From NCBI GenBank assembly GCA_964575725.1, contig CAZNRG010000002.1:1-39858 (forward strand): a stretch of DNA of 39,858 nucleotides, given 5' to 3'. Both the position numbers and the translations under genes were made by a program. Shown piece after piece: positions 34,606 through 39,858 of this stretch; position 1 is the stretch's first letter, and every line of letters starts with the position of its first letter. The notes under the pieces are model-generated. The model saw nothing but the letters and a program-made list of their open reading frames with translations, made no database searches and was not told the origin of the DNA. The DNA comes from Candidatus Hadarchaeota archaeon (lineage in GTDB: Archaea; Hadarchaeota; Hadarchaeia; Hadarchaeales; Hadarchaeaceae).

Positions 34606-35342
34606 TTATCTGACGCATATTTGGGCTCAAGTCCGGCTGCAAGCTCGAGCTCCTCGCTCGTAAACGCGTCTTCGGAAAGCTTGACATCAAGTGACTTCTC
34701 GAACCCCCTGCTCATCGCTTCCCTTACTTCCTCAAAACTCGGCTTCCTCCCAAGCTCCCGCTCCACCGTCGTCACCCGCTCGTAGACCGAGGCGATAAAC
34801 TTGTCCGAGATTTTTTCTGGGCTAACCCTAAGCAACTCGAACATCCGCCGTACGTCCGGAGAAACGAGCACCGTCCCGTGTTGGAGGACCGAACCCCATC
34901 GCCGTGTCTGAGCACTGCCTGAGATTTTCTTCCCGTTCGCTAGAACGTCGTTTACGGGTTTGAATTCAGCTTGAAGCCCCAAGCACTCAAATCCCCGCAC
35001 GAGGCCGCCGCATATCAACTTGTAGGACTTAATTATGTCGCCCGGCACGTCACTTTGTCTGCAGACTACACTGTAGGTGAGTTCACCATCGTGATCGTGA
35101 AAAACCGCGCCCCCACCCGTGATACGCCTGACCACGTCAACGCAATACTTTTTCGCCACCTCGAGATCGACCTCACGCCTAACGCTCTGGAAGCATCCTA
35201 TCGAGACCGTCGAGGGGAGCCAGCGCCAGAATCGCACAGTGTTTGGGGACTTTCCCTCAGCGTTCAACCTCAGCAAAGCCTCGTCGATCGCCATACTCGT
35301 GAATGCATCATCGATTCGAAGTGGAAGCAAGCGCCATTCCAT
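34587..35342 (-). CDS. lplA: Lipoate-protein ligase A, catalytic domain
   Basis: 'VVRRITGGGAVFHDHDGELTYS' and the catalytic-lysine block 'GKKISGSAQ' are present. At 251 aa it lacks the C-terminal accessory domain. Confidence 0.85.
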   Translation of the reverse strand: MEWRLLPLRIDDAFTSMAIDEALLRLNAEGKSPNTVRFWRWLPSTVSIGCFQSVRREVDLEVAKKYCVDVVRRITGGGAVFHDHDGELTYSVVCRQSDVPGDIIKSYKLICGGLVRGFECLGLQAEFKPVNDVLANGKKISGSAQTRRWGSVLQHGTVLVSPDVRRMFELLRVSPEKISDKFIASVYERVTTVERELGRKPSFEEVREAMSRGFEKSLDVKLSEDAFTSEELELAAGLEPKYASDKWLRKR

Positions 35343-35618
35343 TTAACCACCGACCGCGCGCATGATTGCCTCTACCCAGTGCTCGGGCTCGACCATCGGG
35401 GTTTGCACACCCGTTGATTCATAAAAACGCCGCACCACCGCAAGCAAGCTTTCCTTGTCGGCTTTAATGCCGGCCAGCGCTCCCTCAAGTCGTTCAAGTG
35501 CGTCCTCGGGGTACATGAAAAAGTCACCGCTGAACGAGATGCGTGAGATCTTGCCGCCCGCAAGTTCCAGCTCGACCTTGATCACGCCTTTCGGGGCCTT
35601 GAACTCCGCGTACTTCAA
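35343..35618 (-). CDS. lplB: Lipoate-protein ligase C-terminal-domain protein (LplB-like accessory subunit)
   Basis: 91 aa. 'KAPKGVIKVELELAGGKISRISFSGDFFMYPEDALERLEGAL' matches the Lip_prot_lig_C pattern. Its stop abuts the lplA ATG (TAAATG). It has a TTG start with GGTGA upstream. Confidence 0.75.
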   Translation of the reverse strand: MKYAEFKAPKGVIKVELELAGGKISRISFSGDFFMYPEDALERLEGALAGIKADKESLLAVVRRFYESTGVQTPMVEPEHWVEAIMRAVGG

Positions 35619-35622
35619 GCGA

Positions 35623-36138
35623 TCACCGCAAAGTGTTCTCCCAAGCGTTTACCATTTCATCGCTGAAATCGCATAAGATGATTTCCTTCAACGACTTTGC
35701 TGCTGGGGCGAACTCTCGAAGAGCTTTTACCATCGCCTTTGCCGCACCCCGATAGGATACCCCGCCCACACCGGTGCCCATGCCCGGGATTGCAATGCTT
35801 CTCGCTCCAATCGCATCTGCGCACTCAAGCACCGCTTTCGTTGCCAAATAAACTTTTTCGCTTGTCGTCCGCATAGCTGGTCGCTCCATGGTTGGGGCGT
35901 GCACTACCCATCGCGCTTGGAGTTTGCCTGCAGTGGTCGCGATGGCTTTGCCCACTGGGACTGGGGCATGCCTCAGCGCTTCCCGCTCGATTTCCTCGCC
36001 CCCAGCTCGCTTCAGTGCCCCGGCCGCCCCGCCACCCATGTACATCAGGCTGTTCGCAGGGTTGCATATCGCGTCGGCCCGTTCCCTTGTCAGGTCTCCT
36101 CGCTTTACGACAACACTCAAATTCTCCAGTTTGAACAT
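35623..36138 (-). CDS. Macro domain protein (ADP-ribose binding / hydrolase fold)
   Basis: 'GDLTRERADAICNPANSLMYMGGGAAGALKRAGG' and 'IAIPGMGTGVGG' are the macro-domain N-x-A-N / GGG / G-x-G-x-GG blocks. ATG 36138 is preceded by GGTGGGGCGGGA. The track's longer start at 36288 adds non-homologous sequence. Confidence 0.85.
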   Translation of the reverse strand: MFKLENLSVVVKRGDLTRERADAICNPANSLMYMGGGAAGALKRAGGEEIEREALRHAPVPVGKAIATTAGKLQARWVVHAPTMERPAMRTTSEKVYLATKAVLECADAIGARSIAIPGMGTGVGGVSYRGAAKAMVKALREFAPAAKSLKEIILCDFSDEMVNAWENTLR

Positions 36139-36191
36139 TCCCGCCCCACCGGATTTTCGCGCCTCCGCTTTAAAATGGGCTCGTTGCTGAA

Positions 36192-36209
36192 TTGTTATAT
36201 ATATAACAA
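36192..36209. promoter_or_regulatory. Perfect 18-bp palindrome TTGTTATATATATAACAA (TATA-containing) in the divergent promoter gap
   Basis: It is self-complementary over all 18 nt. It lies 54-71 nt upstream of the macro-domain ATG. A separate TTTATA at 36228-36233 can serve the plus-strand antiporter gene. Confidence 0.45.
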
Positions 36210-36269
36210 ATATGCTGGGAACTGAAAATTTATAGGCGCTGGGCGCGTGGTGTTCTCTTTGGCGTCCCC

Positions 36270-37436
36270 ATGACCCTAGAACTGACATTTGTCCCGGCCC
36301 TCGTGGTGATACTCGTTACGGCTGCTTTGGGGCGGCTGCTATCCAAGGGGCTAAAACAACCCGCGGTCTTCGGAGAATTGCTTCTAGGGATGATCCTCGG
36401 GAATCTCATAATCTTAGCAGGGCCCGCCCAGGCTCCCATCTCCGACATCGCCGGCATTGGCATTTTGCTTCTCCTATTTTCAACGGGCCTTGGGTTAAAT
36501 TTTGAAGAATTCAAGAGGCTGGAAGTTGCGTCGAGCATCGTCGCCGTTTCCGGCGTGATCTTACCGTTCGTTCTCGGGTACCTTGCGACTATTTATTTCG
36601 GGTTTTCTCACACGGTTGCGTTGTTTGTGGGAGTTGCCTTGGTCGCAACTTCGATCGGGGTCGGCGCCTCCATTCTCTCAGAACTGAGGATGTTGCGGAC
36701 TAGGCTAGGCACTCTGATAATTGGTGCGGCAGTAATCGACGACGTGATCGGCGTGGTGATGATGAGCGTTCTCATAGGCGTTGTTGCGACCGGCGCCGTG
36801 CCGTTGACGGAAACTTTTTTGCTTGTTTCTCTTGCCATTTTATTTTTCGTTGTTTCCTTTACTGTTGGAATCAAGATATTCAAGAAGCTCTCAGAAAAGC
36901 TCACGTTGGGAAGGGAGAACCTTCTGATGCTGGGGTTAATCATCGTGCTTGTATTTGGTCTGGTAACCCAAGGTATCGGGCTCGCGGCGATCATAGGTGC
37001 TTTCGTGGCGGGGTTGGTCGTTGGTCAAAGCCATTACGCTAGACGCCTTAGGGAACACATTTCTTTGATCGGAGGCAGCTTTTTCATACCAATTTTCTTC
37101 GTGACGATAGGTATGAGTTTCGATGCCAGCGCGTTTACAACCGTTGGCTTGTTTGCGGTGGTGTTGGTGTGTGTGGCGGTCATCGGGAAAGTTGTTGGAT
37201 GTGGGATTGGCGCAAAAGCGTCCAAATTCAGCGGTAGGGAATCCCTCGCCGTCGGAGTTGCAATGATACCGAGGGCGGGCGTAGAGTTAATCTTACTCAA
37301 GCTTGGACTTGATCACGGCATAATCGGTGTAGACATAGCTTCTGCTATTCTGGTGATGGTGTTAATCACCACTTTAATCACTCCCCCATCTTTATGGAAG
37401 GCCCTGAAAATAATCAAAAAACAAAAAGAGGTTTAA
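36270..37436 (+). CDS. Cation:proton antiporter (CPA2 / Kef-NapA type), membrane domain
   Basis: 388-aa polytopic ORF. 'LKQPAVFGELLLGMILG' and 'GLNFEEFK' are typical Na_H_Exchanger family blocks. Confidence 0.85.
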   Translation: MTLELTFVPALVVILVTAALGRLLSKGLKQPAVFGELLLGMILGNLIILAGPAQAPISDIAGIGILLLLFSTGLGLNFEEFKRLEVASSIVAVSGVILPFVLGYLATIYFGFSHTVALFVGVALVATSIGVGASILSELRMLRTRLGTLIIGAAVIDDVIGVVMMSVLIGVVATGAVPLTETFLLVSLAILFFVVSFTVGIKIFKKLSEKLTLGRENLLMLGLIIVLVFGLVTQGIGLAAIIGAFVAGLVVGQSHYARRLREHISLIGGSFFIPIFFVTIGMSFDASAFTTVGLFAVVLVCVAVIGKVVGCGIGAKASKFSGRESLAVGVAMIPRAGVELILLKLGLDHGIIGVDIASAILVMVLITTLITPPSLWKALKIIKKQKEV

Positions 37437-37468
37437 TAATGTCGCAGGAGTTTTAATGGGGGGAAGAC

Positions 37469-37936
37469 ATGGCAGAACCAAGAAGAGTTGGTCCCGAATT
37501 TTACGAACTCAAAATTGAAAAGATTATGCAGACAAAAGATGTTCCGTTGATCGAAAAAGACGCGCCCATCGACCGCGTTCTGGATATTTTAACGAAAAAA
37601 ACTCACGTGTGGGTTAGCGATAGCAAAAAAAGCAGAAAAATCGTTGGCGTGATAACGGAGCATGATGTGTTAAGTATTTTGTCCCCCCGAAAGGTTCCCT
37701 ATGCTTTTGGACTCCCAGACCTGAGGGCATTGCACCGGGGCACTGCCGAGGAAGTCATGTCAAGAAGACTCGTCAAATGCGGCCCCAAAAACACGGTAAG
37801 TGATGTGTTGAGAAAGATGATAGAACACGGGGTGAGAAGGCTCCCGGTAACGAAGCGAAATAACATCATAGTCGGTGAGGTCAGGCTATATCACATCATA
37901 AATGAATACTCCGCCGCCCGAAAGGAACTCAAATGA
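37469..37936 (+). CDS. CBS domain pair protein
   Basis: There are two CBS repeats, '...IVGVITEHDVLSIL' and '...IIVGEVRLYHIINE'. Length is 155 aa. Confidence 0.85.
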   Translation: MAEPRRVGPEFYELKIEKIMQTKDVPLIEKDAPIDRVLDILTKKTHVWVSDSKKSRKIVGVITEHDVLSILSPRKVPYAFGLPDLRALHRGTAEEVMSRRLVKCGPKNTVSDVLRKMIEHGVRRLPVTKRNNIIVGEVRLYHIINEYSAARKELK

Positions 37937-39045
37937 AGTTTAGCTCATTCCACATTTTGTTGATGTTTGTTTTTGTCGCATTTTTTTGCAGTCCAGTCTT
38001 AGCCAGTGGGGCTGAGGTTTCAGGGGACAATGCTTACGAGCACGTGGAGTTCTTGGTCAGCATTGCTCCTCGCCTCGCAGGCACCGAGGCGGAAGCGATA
38101 GCCGCGAGCTACATCGAGAACGAGTTTCGGAGCTACGGCTTGGAAGCATGGATTGAAAACTTCATCATCGAGAAATCATACGTGATCGTGGAGAACCGCC
38201 TGCACGTGGTCTCGGAAAATTCGATATCTTACAACGTCGTGGCACTCCTGCCGGGGCAGAGCAATGAGGTCATGGTTATCGGCGCACATCATGACTCGGT
38301 CCTGACGCCAGGGGCGGTCGACGATGCATCGGGCGTAGCGGTCGTGCTCGAGATCGCTCGCGTGCTATCGACAGAGAACCTCCCCCGCACTATTCTCTTC
38401 GCTACCTTTGGCAGTGAGGAGCTCGGTCTCCTAGGGAGTGAGGATTTCATAAGTAGGCATGCCGAGAACAACATCGTTGCTGCGGTTGTATTCGACTCGA
38501 TTGCGTCAGGGCCAGAGAATGGCTTGCGCATCGGCCTCGTGGGAAAACCAAAAGTCGCAACCACCGAGTGGCTTGACTTATACATCCAAGAGCTGGCGGA
38601 GAATCTCGGTTTTTACACGCAATCTGAATACTATGACGATGTTGGCGGGTTCAGCGATTACGCGAGCTTTACGAGTGTAGACATTCCGGGGACTTGGATT
38701 TATTGGGTCAACCCGGAGCATGATGGGATACTGTGGCCGATTCACACACTGGCTGACAACCTCGACGCCGTGAATAAAGTGAGGTTGGAGCAGGTCGCCT
38801 CATTCGGGACTCGGCTCATTCGCCAGCTGGCGGGGGAGGACCTCGGGGCCCTGCGCCGCGCGTACATGTTGCCGCTTCTGTTGGCAGCCTTCGCGGTGGC
38901 GGGCGCGGGAGCAGTGGTCCTCTCGATAGCGACTGGCTCCTTCATGCACTACCGGAGGGATTGGAGCTGGTCCCGAGCCGCGTTGGTTTTCTCGCTGGTC
39001 ACCGCACTCGTGATGGTTGCTGCCTACATCTGGTTGCTCGCGTAG
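37933..39045 (+). CDS. M28 family metallopeptidase, secreted and membrane anchored
   Basis: 'VIGAHHDSV', 'DDASGVAVVLEIARVL' and 'FGSEELGLLGS' are the M28 zinc-ligand blocks. It has an N-terminal signal and two C-terminal TM helices. Its start overlaps the CBS stop (ATGA). Confidence 0.8.
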   Translation: MKFSSFHILLMFVFVAFFCSPVLASGAEVSGDNAYEHVEFLVSIAPRLAGTEAEAIAASYIENEFRSYGLEAWIENFIIEKSYVIVENRLHVVSENSISYNVVALLPGQSNEVMVIGAHHDSVLTPGAVDDASGVAVVLEIARVLSTENLPRTILFATFGSEELGLLGSEDFISRHAENNIVAAVVFDSIASGPENGLRIGLVGKPKVATTEWLDLYIQELAENLGFYTQSEYYDDVGGFSDYASFTSVDIPGTWIYWVNPEHDGILWPIHTLADNLDAVNKVRLEQVASFGTRLIRQLAGEDLGALRRAYMLPLLLAAFAVAGAGAVVLSIATGSFMHYRRDWSWSRAALVFSLVTALVMVAAYIWLLA

Positions 39046-39090
39046 AATGTTTTAATTAAACAAACGAGATAATCTTGAGAAGGGGCAGCG

Positions 39091-39858
39091 ATGTTTGGAG
39101 AAATCTTCGAAGAGGAGCTTAGACGCGACACCGTTTTCCGCGATGCAAGCAAACTCTTGCCCGATTACGTTCCCAGCGTGCTCGTGCACCGCGATGAGGA
39201 GTTTCGTCAGTTAACTCGAGTTTTCAAACCTGTGATCGAGGATCGAGCGAGCCAGCGCGTGCTTATAACAGGCAGTACCGGAGTGGGGAAGACAGCGCTC
39301 GCTCGGAGGTTCGGCGAGAAGCTCGAGCCCGCGGCCAAGGGAAGGGAACTCAACCTCAGCTACCTACACGTCAACTGCCGCAAGGACAGGACCCCTTACG
39401 CGGTGCTGATGAGGCTGGTGCAGCACTACAACCCCCGTTGGCCCGCCCGCGGGTTGGGCCAGGAGAAACTCCTCGAGATGGTTGTTACCTACCTAAACAA
39501 ACACGATGCTTACCTTGCGTTAACGTTGGACGAGCTCGATTATTTTGTCCAGCTAAATGGCCCCGATTTAGTTTACTCGCTCACCCGAGCCGGGGAAGAG
39601 CGTGGAGCGCCTAACCGCATAAGCATCATGGCAATCGCGCACGACAAGGGCTTCCTGCGCACGCTCGATCCCGCGACCCAGAGTACCTTCATGCACAATG
39701 TGCTCCCGCTCGACCGCTACACCGCCCACCAGCTTGCCGACATCCTCAACCAGCGGGTCGGAGAGGCGTTCAAGGCGGGCACGGTCGACAAGGAGGCTGT
39801 GCAGCTCATCGCCGACATAGCCGCGCGGTGGGGCGACGCTCGACTCGCACTCGAGCTC
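39091..39858 (+). CDS. cdc6: Orc1/Cdc6 family replication initiation protein, N-terminal 256 codons (runs off the window)
   Basis: Own translation from ATG 39091 gives MFGEIFEEELRRDTVFRDASKLLPDYVPSVLVHRDEEF... with Walker A 'GSTGVGKT' and Walker B 'LTLDELD'. The frame is open to the last base and so is absent from the ORF track. Confidence 0.9.
   Translation, partial: MFGEIFEEELRRDTVFRDASKLLPDYVPSVLVHRDEEFRQLTRVFKPVIEDRASQRVLITGSTGVGKTALARRFGEKLEPAAKGRELNLSYLHVNCRKDRTPYAVLMRLVQHYNPRWPARGLGQEKLLEMVVTYLNKHDAYLALTLDELDYFVQLNGPDLVYSLTRAGEERGAPNRISIMAIAHDKGFLRTLDPATQSTFMHNVLPLDRYTAHQLADILNQRVGEAFKAGTVDKEAVQLIADIAARWGDARLALEL

Noticed and set aside
1-39858. CRISPR arrays, tRNA/rRNA genes, integrases, transposases, IS ends
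   Set aside because: I saw no regularly spaced direct repeats and no T-loop-like GTTCGAATC/GTTCAAATC motifs in the gaps. No recombinase- or transposase-like ORFs are present. Every gap except the two long ones discussed (12068-12483 and 21681-22118) is under about 200 nt.

Overview
This is a densely coding archaeal chromosomal segment. I support about 46 protein genes. I found no rRNA, tRNA, CRISPR array, integrase or transposase. Archaeal origin rests on several markers: a group II chaperonin (thermosome), FEN-1, RpoK, CDP-archaeol synthase CarS, a Tes/GDGT-MAS-like radical SAM protein, archaemetzincin and Orc1/Cdc6. Recurring BRE/TATA-like AAGCTTTA(A/T)A boxes and GGAGG/GGGGG-type ribosome-binding motifs fit the same picture. 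Lineage cannot be fixed from the sequence alone.

Functional blocks:
1. 1-3.75 kb: envelope and lipid modification genes (B12-type radical SAM fragment, GT4 glycosyltransferase, flippase-like/LPG-synthase-TM protein, PAP2_3 phosphatase/transferase), plus a Trm112 gene absent from the ORF track.
2. 3.75-7.85 kb: housekeeping genes (DUF371, pcm, fen, rpoK, thermosome).
3. 7.86-9.0 kb: a visibly AT-richer islet carrying a free-standing HTH-LAGLIDADG endonuclease-like gene.
4. 9.0-11.1 kb: a Tes-like radical SAM gene divergent from carS.
5. 11.1-25.3 kb: a nucleoside/sugar uptake and salvage theme. It holds two PfkB kinases, a BMP-type ABC transporter, a SemiSWEET and two Gpt-type phosphoribosyltransferases. 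It is interrupted by a PiT/DUF47 phosphate module and a corrinoid-protein/URO-D-like methyltransferase pair. That interrupting segment is bracketed by the intact ABC ATPase 5' end and a diverged ~155-nt copy of it.
6. 25.3-27.1 kb: HAD phosphatase, small export protein, archaemetzincin.
7. 27.1-36.2 kb: a ten-gene single-strand operon, in order macro domain, split lipoate ligase (LplB-like then LplA), radical SAM, surface protein, radical SAM, gcvH, gcvPA, gcvPB, AcoX-type NAD-kinase-like protein.
8. 36.3-39.9 kb: CPA2 antiporter, CBS protein, M28 peptidase, and orc1/cdc6 running off the window.

Most of this is ordinary core genome. The best candidate for something not yet described is the macro-domain and AcoX-type genes that cap the lipoate-assembly/glycine-cleavage operon. 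This may be an ADP-ribose/NAD-linked control layer on a lipoyl carrier, and it is a hypothesis only. Secondary curiosities are the ABC-ATPase 5' stub duplication, the LAGLIDADG islet, and the thermosome/rpoK overlap with an A7 tract.
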